This document shows positions 7,794-16,551 of a stretch of DNA of 64,000 bases, piece after piece. This stretch comes from a virus: IMG/VR virus record IMGVR_UViG_3300045988_144418, positions 1 through 64,000 of that record. One strand, 5' to 3'. Both the position numbers and the translations under genes were made by a program. The first letter of the stretch is position 1. The number at the start of each line of letters is the position of its first letter. The notes beneath the pieces were generated by a model. The model was not told the DNA's origin, searched no databases, and saw only the letters and a list, made by a program, of their open reading frames with translations.

Positions 7794-7807
7794 AAATTCT
7801 TCCGTTT

Positions 7808-9529
7808 ATGGGCAGGAAGAAGCATTCCATAAAGGGTCAGATGGGGGTTGATAAAGCAGCCCCCATAGACCGTTTAGACAGCATGTCTATTCATGAGTTG
7901 AGCCTGATGTCACAGGCCGCTCCGCTTGCTCTTCAGAATCGGCTGGAAAAGGCTCTTCGTTCAGAGAATGTTGAAGACGTGCTAAAGGCACAGGCGTTTA
8001 TCGCACAGCAGGAGAGGAACGGCAGAGCCGTCAAGCCTGACATCAAGTCCATTCTATGGAACCCATCTGACATCGGGTTTAACGGTCGTGGGTATCGTGA
8101 TCCGAACAATGGCATACCGTTCACCACGCTTCAGAGAATGGGTGACATCTATATCATTAAGGCCATCATTAACACTCGTATTGAGCAGATACAGAATTTT
8201 CTGCGTTATAGTGATGATGATCAGAAGCCTGGATTTCAGTTGCGATACAAGCGGATGTTCGGTGGTGACATTAAGGAGATATCCAAGAAGGATATGAAAG
8301 TCGTTGAGGGGCTTGTGCGCTTTCTTGAGGATGGCGGTGAGAATGATAAATGGTCTTCAGAGGACAACTTTCAGGATTTCACTCGCAAGACCATAAAGGA
8401 TTCTCTCTGTCTGGATCAGCTCTGCTTTGAGGTGGTTCGTAGTCGGAGCATGAAAGTGAATAAGTTCAGGGCTGTTGATGCCTCCCTTATACGACAGCTT
8501 GACACGGATGACCCTCGCTATGCAAGTATGTTTGAACAATACAGATGGCACGGTTATCTTCCTCGTTATGCAATGGTGTATGATAGTCAGATTATACGCA
8601 ATCCGGCCACTGACGAGCTTGTCATCTATTATCCGTGGGAGCTTGGCTATGGTATTCGTAACAAGACGACCAACGTGTTTAAGAATGGCTATGGCTGTTC
8701 GGAGCTGGAGACGCTTATAGAGGTTGTGACATGGATATTGTGGGGTATGCAGTATAATGGCAACTTCTTCAAGCAGGGGTCTCAGCCAAAGGGATTCATT
8801 AACGTCAAGAACTCCAATATTGATCAAGGCACGTTGAATGAGTTCCGCCAGGACTGGAAGCAGACGATGTCCACCGTCTATAATGCTCACAAGATTCCTG
8901 TGATACAGGGTATTGATCTTGAGTGGATAGACTTGCAGCAGTCCAATAAGGACATGGAATTTACGGAGTGGATTAAGTTCCTCTTTGTTGTGACGTGCGC
9001 TGTATATCGCATTGATCCGTCAGAGTTGGGCTTTCAGTTTCAGGATGCGGCAAGGGTATTTGGGCAGGACGGTCAGAAGGAGCGTCTCGATCACTCTCAG
9101 AAGAAAGGTCTGTTTCCTCTGTTGGTGTTCTTCCAGAACATCGTGAATCGCTATATTATATCTGAGATAGATGATCGTTTTGAGTTTGTGTTTACAGGCG
9201 TGGACATTAAGGATGAGTCCGCTCAGGTAGATATTGATAAGAAGAAGCTGGATGCAGGTGTTGTTTCTCTGGAGGATATGTTCCGCAAGTATTCAGGGCG
9301 TGATCTTGATCCAGAGAAGGATACTATTCTCAACTCTATTTATCAGACTGCACAGAGCAACAAGATGATGGGTGGGGAGGATATGAATGGAGCCGTTGAT
9401 GAGATGAACGGTGAGGGTGGCAATGGTGATGACTTTGATATCGCAGATATGCTTATGCAGAAGTCACAGGGCAACCCTATTCTCGGCAAGGCACTGGAAT
9501 TTATTGACAATCAGTTATCGGCTAAATAA
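7808..9529 (+). CDS. portal protein
   Basis: About 570 aa, positioned upstream of MuF, protease, scaffold and capsid genes. Segments typical of Phage_portal-type proteins: YGCSELETLIEV, FFKQGSQPKGFINV, WKQTMS..HKIPV, and an acidic C-terminus. The start is set at the first ATG after the stop of 7104..7793, although the ORF is open from 7718. Confidence 0.65.
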   Translation: MGRKKHSIKGQMGVDKAAPIDRLDSMSIHELSLMSQAAPLALQNRLEKALRSENVEDVLKAQAFIAQQERNGRAVKPDIKSILWNPSDIGFNGRGYRDPNNGIPFTTLQRMGDIYIIKAIINTRIEQIQNFLRYSDDDQKPGFQLRYKRMFGGDIKEISKKDMKVVEGLVRFLEDGGENDKWSSEDNFQDFTRKTIKDSLCLDQLCFEVVRSRSMKVNKFRAVDASLIRQLDTDDPRYASMFEQYRWHGYLPRYAMVYDSQIIRNPATDELVIYYPWELGYGIRNKTTNVFKNGYGCSELETLIEVVTWILWGMQYNGNFFKQGSQPKGFINVKNSNIDQGTLNEFRQDWKQTMSTVYNAHKIPVIQGIDLEWIDLQQSNKDMEFTEWIKFLFVVTCAVYRIDPSELGFQFQDAARVFGQDGQKERLDHSQKKGLFPLLVFFQNIVNRYIISEIDDRFEFVFTGVDIKDESAQVDIDKKKLDAGVVSLEDMFRKYSGRDLDPEKDTILNSIYQTAQSNKMMGGEDMNGAVDEMNGEGGNGDDFDIADMLMQKSQGNPILGKALEFIDNQLSAK

Positions 9530-9699
9530 TGGCTTATAGAGAAAGAGTTCCAAGGGTGCAGAGACACGTTGACCCTATGCGGTATCCAGCAGTACAGGGG
9601 CGATATGAGCGTGAAGCGATGAAGAGCTTTGCACCTGTGGAGCTGTTTGGTAACATTGTTGAGACGATGACGAGAATAGTTAAGGAGAAGCGAGGTTGA
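9529..9699 (+). CDS. small hypothetical protein (56 aa; MAYRERVPRVQRH...)
   Basis: The ORF is below the track cutoff. Its ATG overlaps the portal stop (TAATG), and its TGA ends 1 nt before the next ATG, so it fills the gap exactly. Confidence 0.4.
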   Translation: MAYRERVPRVQRHVDPMRYPAVQGRYEREAMKSFAPVELFGNIVETMTRIVKEKRG

Positions 9700-9700
9700 T

Positions 9701-10648
9701 ATGCTTTTTACTGACAAGGACATACAGCGTATTCTGAAGGAAGTGGACTTGTCCACGGCCAAGCTGATAGCTCGTGTTCTTGGCAGGAACTATCTCACGA
9801 AGTATGATCTGGACATTCTGAAGAAGCGTGGTGTTGATCTATTGAAGTTGATTCCGAAGTTTCCAGTACATTATCAGTCGTTTCTGTTTGGTCGTGTTTC
9901 GGCTGCACTGGGCGATTCCATCACCAGGACGATGGGTTATTCTGACCTGTTGCAGTTTCTTCCTAAAATGGGTGATTTTGTCCCGACTGCGATGGAACTG
10001 TCCTTCTATGATGTGGCGGCTAACAAGACATATACACATATAAAGGGCTTTGGTGACAGGCTAAAGAATGACGTGCGGAATGCCATCTCGGCGGAGGAGA
10101 TGTCCTATATTCAGACTGAACAGGCCGCAAGAGCGAATAAGGTCATTCACGACGAGATACTGAACGGCACTATTCAGAAGAGGACAGTGCAGAAGATTGC
10201 TTCCAACATAGCACATCAGATGGATGACTGGAACAGGGACTGGGGGCGCATTGTGGAGACGGAGTGTCAGGACGTGTTTAATCTCGGCAGGGCGCAGACG
10301 TTTATGCAGGATGAGGATGATCCCAAGGTGTTCTTTCAGGTGTACCCTGGAGCCTGTAAGCACTGCATTCGTCTCTATTTGACACACGGTGTGGGGTCAC
10401 AGCCGAGGATATTCAGGCTATCGGAGCTGTTGGCCAACGGCACAAACTATGGTGTGAAGTCGAAGGAATGGAAACCGACAGTACATCCTGTGCATCCATA
10501 TTGCCGCTGTTTAATAAACAGGCTTCCAGAGGGTTATGTGTGGAATGAAGAGAATCATAGGTTTGAGCCTCCTAAGAACTATGTTCGTAAGGTGCAGCGC
10601 AGAAGCAAGGTTCATATTGATATTGGTGATAAACATTATGACGTATAA
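9701..10648 (+). CDS. MuF / SPP1 gp7-like head morphogenesis protein
   Basis: Contains GACKHCIRLY and HPVHPYCRCL, the Cys-rich signature of the Phage_Mu_F domain. It lies immediately after the portal. Confidence 0.65.
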   Translation: MLFTDKDIQRILKEVDLSTAKLIARVLGRNYLTKYDLDILKKRGVDLLKLIPKFPVHYQSFLFGRVSAALGDSITRTMGYSDLLQFLPKMGDFVPTAMELSFYDVAANKTYTHIKGFGDRLKNDVRNAISAEEMSYIQTEQAARANKVIHDEILNGTIQKRTVQKIASNIAHQMDDWNRDWGRIVETECQDVFNLGRAQTFMQDEDDPKVFFQVYPGACKHCIRLYLTHGVGSQPRIFRLSELLANGTNYGVKSKEWKPTVHPVHPYCRCLINRLPEGYVWNEENHRFEPPKNYVRKVQRRSKVHIDIGDKHYDV

Positions 10649-10655
10649 AAATTAT

Positions 10656-11984
10656 ATGATTATGAGATTCAAGAAATGGCTTGGAATAATGACTCCACAG
10701 GAAAAGCTGGAGGAGTATCACGATCTTAGGAAGAGGCTTGCTCAGATAGAGGATGAGGGTAGGGAGCTTGCACATCAGTTTTCTATTCAGAAGTCCATTG
10801 TTGATAGCATCGGTGAGGGTGTGCCTGATTCCAGAAGAGCTGATGTGCTTGCGAAGCACGCTGACTTCATGAAAGGTCACACAAAGCGTGTCACAGCCTG
10901 TGTTAATGAGCGTGAGAAGATTCTGAAGGGAATTGACGTACTTGTTGAGGAGTGTCAGGAGGTGCGTGATGAGATTGAAAAGGGTCGCAAGTTGAACGGC
11001 TTGATGGAGCTTCGCAAGGCTGGCAGTTTGGATGAACGTCAGTATTTTAATCTTGTTAAGTCAGTGGACGGCAAGCCTGTTCGATACGCTGACATGGTTG
11101 TTATGCGTGAATCAGACGGTAAGATTCTTATTCTGCACCGTGTTGATGATGAGATGTGCCCTACTGGAGAAGTGTGCATTCCTGGAGGCCACGTTGAGCC
11201 TGATGAGGATTTTAAGACAGCGGCCTTGCGTGAGTTTAAGGAGGAAACCAATTTGGATCCTATTGTTTCCAGGGGTATTAGGTATCTTGGCGAACATAAG
11301 GACGAGAATGCACATATTCAGTATTATCAGGTGTACGTAGATGGTGGACAGCCTATTACCGTGGATGCGACGGAGGAGTGTTTTTCTGAATGGATTGACA
11401 TAAGTGAGATTCCGTTGAAGAATTTTATTTTTGATCAGGGTAAGATTGTCCTGAATCTTATGAACAGGATATATAGAATGGATTCTGTTGAGCCGCTTGA
11501 CACTGTTGTCAAGGCTGTTCAGGACGGTCGTATGTCTGTTCAGTGCTTTAAGGAAATCTGTTCCGACATTGTGAAAAAGGCACTGGCCACGGAGAACGCA
11601 GCAGCTGTCATTCCTGAAAGTATGGAGGGTGACGTGAAGAAGCTCACTATGCCTGTTCGTGACCCGATGTGTGGCGTTGAGACGCTTTTGAAGGGGATCA
11701 ACGGTGTTGATGAGGTGGTTGTGAATGGCACGGAGACAATTAAGTTTGTCAAGCCATTGTTCATTCATAGTGTTTCCTATGAGGAAAATCCAGAGACAAA
11801 TAGGCTTGTTCAGTGTGCAGTGAGCTATGTTGGTGAAGATTCTGATATGAGCAAGTTAATTGATGTCTTGCGGAATGGTCTGCGGAATGGTTCGGTGAAT
11901 TTCAGAATTAAGGAGGAGGAATTTATCTCCGTTAATGAGAATGGCACGGACTATGTTGGTGACCCCATCTTTGCTGTTATGTAA
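10656..11984 (+). CDS. Nudix hydrolase domain protein (442 aa) with N-terminal coiled coil and an unknown C-terminal domain
   Basis: Nudix box GGHVEPDEDFKTAALREFKEETNL matches GX5EX7REUXEEXGU. The start is set at the ATG after the upstream stop, although the ORF is open from 10536. Confidence 0.75.
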   Translation: MIMRFKKWLGIMTPQEKLEEYHDLRKRLAQIEDEGRELAHQFSIQKSIVDSIGEGVPDSRRADVLAKHADFMKGHTKRVTACVNEREKILKGIDVLVEECQEVRDEIEKGRKLNGLMELRKAGSLDERQYFNLVKSVDGKPVRYADMVVMRESDGKILILHRVDDEMCPTGEVCIPGGHVEPDEDFKTAALREFKEETNLDPIVSRGIRYLGEHKDENAHIQYYQVYVDGGQPITVDATEECFSEWIDISEIPLKNFIFDQGKIVLNLMNRIYRMDSVEPLDTVVKAVQDGRMSVQCFKEICSDIVKKALATENAAAVIPESMEGDVKKLTMPVRDPMCGVETLLKGINGVDEVVVNGTETIKFVKPLFIHSVSYEENPETNRLVQCAVSYVGEDSDMSKLIDVLRNGLRNGSVNFRIKEEEFISVNENGTDYVGDPIFAVM

Positions 11985-12020
11985 GTTTCTGATTATTTTT
12001 GTCCATAATTATTGACGTGA

Positions 12021-12683
12021 ATGAGTGGAATGAATGACTTCAATTTCTTTCTTCCAGCTGATCTTGTAAAGGCGGAGGATTCAACTCGGTATCCTCGTGG
12101 TGACGAAAGACGCTACGAGAATATGGTGTTTGAAGGAATTGCGAGTGATGATAGCAAGGACTATGAGGGGGAGAGTATGGAGCCGAAAGGCTTTGACTTG
12201 AGTCACTTTCTGAAGCACGGGCTGTTGAATCTTGATCATCTTACCATAAGGGCGAAGGAACTTAAATCCCGATTTTGGATCGGTGAGCCGCTGGAGGCCA
12301 AGATTGTTGACAATAAACTTTGGGTTAAGGGAAAGCTCTGGAAGGACAGCCCTGAGGCAAGGGCGTTCTGGGATAAGTGCATTGAAATGGCTGAGAGTGG
12401 CTCGACACGCAAGCCAGGAATGTCTATTGAGGGGCGTGCTCTGGAACGTGACCCTAAGAACCCGAAGCACATTCTTAAGGCTATAATCAATAACATAGCG
12501 ATGACGTTCACTCCTGTGAACTTCAATTCCTATATTGAGATTGCAAAGGGCATTCAATCTCAGGATTTTTATCCTACTGATGGCTCAATGGCAATCAGTG
12601 ATGATGTGATGCTGGAGATTGTGCGTGGCGGCAGGAAGTTTATCATTAAATCAGATTTTACAACGGTGGAAGAAAGCATCTAA
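12021..12683 (+). CDS. prohead serine protease (HK97 / S78-like)
   Basis: The pattern FEGIASDDSKDYEGESMEPKGFDL..LLNLDH...IGEP...VKGKL...MSIEG matches the His/Ser arrangement of caudoviral prohead proteases. It lies upstream of the scaffold and capsid genes. Confidence 0.65.
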   Translation: MSGMNDFNFFLPADLVKAEDSTRYPRGDERRYENMVFEGIASDDSKDYEGESMEPKGFDLSHFLKHGLLNLDHLTIRAKELKSRFWIGEPLEAKIVDNKLWVKGKLWKDSPEARAFWDKCIEMAESGSTRKPGMSIEGRALERDPKNPKHILKAIINNIAMTFTPVNFNSYIEIAKGIQSQDFYPTDGSMAISDDVMLEIVRGGRKFIIKSDFTTVEESI

Positions 12684-12728
12684 TTGGCTGCGATTTCAGT
12701 AGAATGTAAACAATAAATTTTTAGAGTT

Positions 12729-13493
12729 ATGTTAGAATTGACAGAAAACCAGAAGAAAGATGAGCTCGTGAAGTCTCTGTTGGACAGTGGCTTTTCTGAG
12801 GAGACCATCGCAGGTTGGATCAACTCTGGTGACATTACCCTGAAGTCTGAGGAAGCCGAGGGTGACGGTGGTGAGGGAGACGAGCCACAGAATGATCCTG
12901 ACAACGGTTCCGAGGGTGACGGTGGTGAGGGAGACCCTGAGGGAGAGAACGACAAGGACAAGAAGGAGAAGTCCGAGGGCTGTGGTGGTGATGGTAAGGA
13001 GGGTGAGGGTACTGACCCTGAACCACCTATTGCCAAGAGCTTTGACAAGGAGGAATTGATGAAGAGTCTTACTTCCGTGCTTGATGAGCGTGATGACGTT
13101 CTGAAGTCCATGGTGGCAGATTCCTTCAAGGATGTTCTCGCAAAAGTTGACGGACTTGCGAAGTCCATTGACGGTCTTGTTGCCAAGATTGATGCAATCG
13201 GTGATCAGGCTCCAGCGTTTAAGTCAGCCGGATTGAATCGTGCGGTGCTTGAGAAGTCCATTGGCGGTGGCGTAAAGGACGACAATGACAAGACCATTCT
13301 CAGTGTCAGCCGTGATCGTGTGGTCGTTAGAGCGCTGATTGAGAAGGCCATTGATGAGGAGAAGGATGAGGCTATTCAGAAGTCACTTCGTGATGAGACC
13401 CTGAACTATCTTATTGATCCTGTTGGTGGTGCAATCGGTGAGACAGCCGCACGCTATATGTATAACAACAAGAACGTGCGTCTTGTGAAATAA
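12729..13493 (+). CDS. scaffolding protein (acidic, helical)
   Basis: Contains an acidic EGDGGEGD repeat region and predicted helical segments. It lies between the protease and the capsid gene. Confidence 0.55.
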   Translation: MLELTENQKKDELVKSLLDSGFSEETIAGWINSGDITLKSEEAEGDGGEGDEPQNDPDNGSEGDGGEGDPEGENDKDKKEKSEGCGGDGKEGEGTDPEPPIAKSFDKEELMKSLTSVLDERDDVLKSMVADSFKDVLAKVDGLAKSIDGLVAKIDAIGDQAPAFKSAGLNRAVLEKSIGGGVKDDNDKTILSVSRDRVVVRALIEKAIDEEKDEAIQKSLRDETLNYLIDPVGGAIGETAARYMYNNKNVRLVK

Positions 13494-13530
13494 TTTCGCA
13501 GTTATAAACTACTTAATTTTATAGTTCATT

Positions 13531-15048
13531 ATGGATTTGTTCAACTACACAGGCAACGAAAATGCCAATCCGCTTGAGTCAATGTCCTCAGAGGAGATTC
13601 TCAAAGCGATGGAAGCTGGTCTGCTGACTGGAATGCAGTATGGCAATCAGTTTAACAACGGTGGCGGCTTGAAGCCGGAATCTCTGGATGGAGTTCTCAA
13701 GAATCTCGAGAACAGGCTTGATCAGCTTGTTTTCTGGAATGAACTCGGAAGACAGAGGATCGAGAACACCGTACATCAGTACAATCAGCTTTACAAGTAC
13801 GGCCAGGAGGTCGGTATCTTCAACGTTGAGGGTGAGACCCCTACCGAGACTGATTCCATCTACAGACGTAAGTCGGTAGTTGTGAAGTTCACAGGTGTTA
13901 CTGGACAGGTAACTCATCCTGGAATGATTGTGAAGACCGTTGTTGGCTCACTCTACACCAAGGAGGTCGAGAACAAGACTATTCTTCTTCAGACGATTCT
14001 GGACAAGAAAGTCATCGACGCTGACTCCAACAAGGTTCCGGAGGAGTTTGACGGTGTGTTCGTACAGCACGTTGCAGGTATCAATGACATCACAGGCGGT
14101 CTGCTTGGCAAGACATCAGAGCAGGTGCTTGATGCCTACTTCGGTGATGTTGCGGTTATCAATGCAAACGGTTCAGTCCTTACTGACGCTCTTGTTGAGG
14201 ATGCTGCACAGGCTGTTGTCAACGACCGAAACGGTATCATCGATCGCATTGTTTCCTCCCCAGTCGTATTCAACAATTATGTCAAGCTCTTCCACGAATC
14301 AAAGCGTGTCATTGTCGGAATGCAGGGTGGCGTCGTAGGTGCTACTATGGGTCAGTCCGTTAATGATATCACGACACAGTTCGGTAAGGTTGCCATCAAG
14401 GCCGACAAGTACTTTGATTGGAATGCTCCAGTTAAACTTGGTCGTGGCAAGACCTCTGACAAGGCTCCAAACGCTCCAGTTAAGGATGGTGCAGCAGCCG
14501 TGTCAGTGGCCGTTGATGCAAAGGGTCAGTTTGGTACAATGCACGCTGGAAACTACTTCTATGCAGTTGCAGCCGTCAATAGATATGGTGAGTCAGAGCT
14601 CGTGCTTTTCAACGATGACGCACAGGCGGTAGGCGCGACACAGTCTGTGGCATTAAAGTTTACAGGGGCTGTATCATCCGCATATCCTGAGACCTGTTAT
14701 GTTATCTACCGTACCGAGGCCAATCCAGCGGACAAGAATGTTGCTGACTTCTATCCTATCTTTAAGGTGTCCAAGACCGAGCTTGTAGCAGGTTGGGACG
14801 GTGCGGAGGCAGGTTCAGTTCATGACCGTAATAGGTGGATCGCTGGAACAAAGTCCGCTCTCGTTTACTTTAACGGCTCCGAGATGCTTGAATATCTTGA
14901 ACTTGGTGGCACGATGAAGCTCGACTATGCCATTGTCGGGCCGAGAAGGTCATTCTCCGTGTTGAATTATGGTACTCCAGTGCTCTATCAGCCAGGAAAG
15001 ATCGCTCGTATTATCAATATCGGTGAGATTGGTCTTCCTACCCTTTAG
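13531..15048 (+). CDS. major capsid protein
   Basis: A 505-aa ORF directly after protease and scaffold, followed by a strong intrinsic terminator. The call rests on position and composition. Confidence 0.65.
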   Translation: MDLFNYTGNENANPLESMSSEEILKAMEAGLLTGMQYGNQFNNGGGLKPESLDGVLKNLENRLDQLVFWNELGRQRIENTVHQYNQLYKYGQEVGIFNVEGETPTETDSIYRRKSVVVKFTGVTGQVTHPGMIVKTVVGSLYTKEVENKTILLQTILDKKVIDADSNKVPEEFDGVFVQHVAGINDITGGLLGKTSEQVLDAYFGDVAVINANGSVLTDALVEDAAQAVVNDRNGIIDRIVSSPVVFNNYVKLFHESKRVIVGMQGGVVGATMGQSVNDITTQFGKVAIKADKYFDWNAPVKLGRGKTSDKAPNAPVKDGAAAVSVAVDAKGQFGTMHAGNYFYAVAAVNRYGESELVLFNDDAQAVGATQSVALKFTGAVSSAYPETCYVIYRTEANPADKNVADFYPIFKVSKTELVAGWDGAEAGSVHDRNRWIAGTKSALVYFNGSEMLEYLELGGTMKLDYAIVGPRRSFSVLNYGTPVLYQPGKIARIINIGEIGLPTL

Positions 15049-15072
15049 TCGGGTAATGACCGTAGAATTATC

Positions 15073-15105
15073 GGGGAGGGGTGAACAACTTCCTCCCCAT
15101 TTTTA
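15073..15105 (+). terminator. intrinsic terminator GGGGAGG ... CCTCCCC followed by ATTTTT
   Basis: A 7-bp G/C stem (15073-79 with 15092-98) and a T-tract right after the capsid gene. Confidence 0.7.
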
Positions 15106-15123
15106 ATTAAAACAGATTTAGTT

Positions 15124-15744
15124 ATGAAACTTTTTGACAAGAAAATAGGCAATCAGACAGTAAATTTCAACGGAAGAAAGGTTACGTTTGTCAATTCAGT
15201 GGCTGAGGTAGATGACTTCTTTGGTGCTGAGATACTGAAGATGGGTTTTGCAGATCTCTACGAACTGGGTAAGCAGCCTGTGTACGAGACACCGAAGGAG
15301 ATTCAGATGAAGACAGACTTTTCTGAGAAGGAGGAATGGTATAAGGGCGAGTGCGCTCGACTTCGCAATATAGCGGATTCTCGCAAGAAGCAGGTTGAGG
15401 ATCTGGAATCGGAGGTGAAACTCTGGAAGGAGGAGTACGAGAAGGAAAAGGCGGCACGCTTGGCTCTTGTTGAGAATCTTTCGAGAGCCACCGAATCAGC
15501 ACCTGAGGTTCCTGATAAAACCGAGCCAGAGCAGCCTAAAAACGACGAGCAGGGTGGTGAAGAGGAAGTCGCAGATGAAGCCGTTCCGGAGGAGACATCT
15601 GATGAGGCCTTGCGTGAAGAACTCGCCTCTCTGACGAAGGATGAGCTTCTTGTCTTTGCAAAGGACAACGGTCTGGAAATTGACGGTCTTGAGAAGAAAA
15701 CAAAGGCCGACATCATAGAGTTTATTGTGGAATCTACAAAATAG
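15124..15744 (+). CDS. hypothetical protein with coiled coil, acidic linker and C-terminal Rho_N/SAP-like helix-extended-helix motif
   Basis: The C-terminus LTKDELLVFAKDNGLEIDGLEKKTKADIIEFI matches the Rho-N/SAP motif pattern. Confidence 0.55.
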   Translation: MKLFDKKIGNQTVNFNGRKVTFVNSVAEVDDFFGAEILKMGFADLYELGKQPVYETPKEIQMKTDFSEKEEWYKGECARLRNIADSRKKQVEDLESEVKLWKEEYEKEKAARLALVENLSRATESAPEVPDKTEPEQPKNDEQGGEEEVADEAVPEETSDEALREELASLTKDELLVFAKDNGLEIDGLEKKTKADIIEFIVESTK

Positions 15745-15750
15745 TTGGAG

Positions 15751-16551
15751 ATGGGACAGCTTGTCTTGACATTGAAAACCAGAAAGAATGACGGCATGAT
15801 GTTTAATCCGTCAGAGATATTTGCGCTGTACCTGTATGGTATAACCATTCAGGGCGGTGATGGAACGTCATTCAGCAATGAGAGTATGCGCTTCTACATA
15901 CAGTCAGCGCAGCAGGAGGTGGAGAGCTTCTTCAACCTCAAGCTTCTGAAGCAGTTCATCAGTCAGGAAAAGCTAACATTCTATCGTGCTGATTATTGGC
16001 AACAGTTCCCTATATTGTTTACGAATTACCCTGTCAACAAGCCTATATCGTTGACAGGGCGATTCAATAACATTGAGCAGATTTCCTATCCTACAGAGTG
16101 GCTTACCACGCATCAGAATAGTTATGGTCTTTACAAGAGGAGGGTATCTCTTGTTCCTACTGGAAGCGCCACCTGTCAGGCTAATGCTGAAGTTATTCTT
16201 TCAGGTATTACTACACAGCTTGGAAGTCAGCGATTTAGGATGATTCCAGATTACTGGTCGTTCCAATATATAACTGGTTTTGATCTTGACACGATGCCTT
16301 TGGACTTGATTAATCTGACAGGAAAATTAGCGTGTTTCGGGCCGCTTAACATTGCAGGAGACTTGATTTTGGGTGCAGGTATTGCAAGCCAGAGTCTTGG
16401 TGTTGATGGGTTGAGTCAGGGTATATCATCAACTTCCTCGGCCACGAACGCTGGTTACGGAGCTCGTATTACCGCTTATCAGAAGGAAATTGCTGATTCT
16501 GTCAAGCGTTTGAAGTTAGTATATGATGAAATAAAGATGGTTGTATGCTAA
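15751..16551 (+). CDS. putative head-tail connector / head completion protein
   Basis: The position after the capsid gene is the only evidence. The first ATG is at 15751; the track start at 15745 is TTG. Confidence 0.35.
   Translation: MGQLVLTLKTRKNDGMMFNPSEIFALYLYGITIQGGDGTSFSNESMRFYIQSAQQEVESFFNLKLLKQFISQEKLTFYRADYWQQFPILFTNYPVNKPISLTGRFNNIEQISYPTEWLTTHQNSYGLYKRRVSLVPTGSATCQANAEVILSGITTQLGSQRFRMIPDYWSFQYITGFDLDTMPLDLINLTGKLACFGPLNIAGDLILGAGIASQSLGVDGLSQGISSTSSATNAGYGARITAYQKEIADSVKRLKLVYDEIKMVVC

Noticed and set aside
7718-7807. Upstream extension of the portal ORF (and similar extensions at 10536, 36728, 42825, 43276, 50037, 53591 and 54202)
   Set aside because: These extensions overlap the preceding gene or a promoter or terminator, or begin at non-ATG codons. 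The first ATG after the upstream stop was preferred in each case, and the alternatives are noted in the evidence fields.
11112-11768. 218-aa minus-strand ORF
   Set aside because: It is antisense to the Nudix gene, which has a perfect Nudix box in the plus frame.
12680-13186. 168-aa minus-strand ORF with Ser/Pro repeats
   Set aside because: It is antisense to the acidic repeat region of the scaffold gene, an artefact of GA-rich repeats. The same reasoning applies to 6028..6294, 6291..6506 and 15303..15848.
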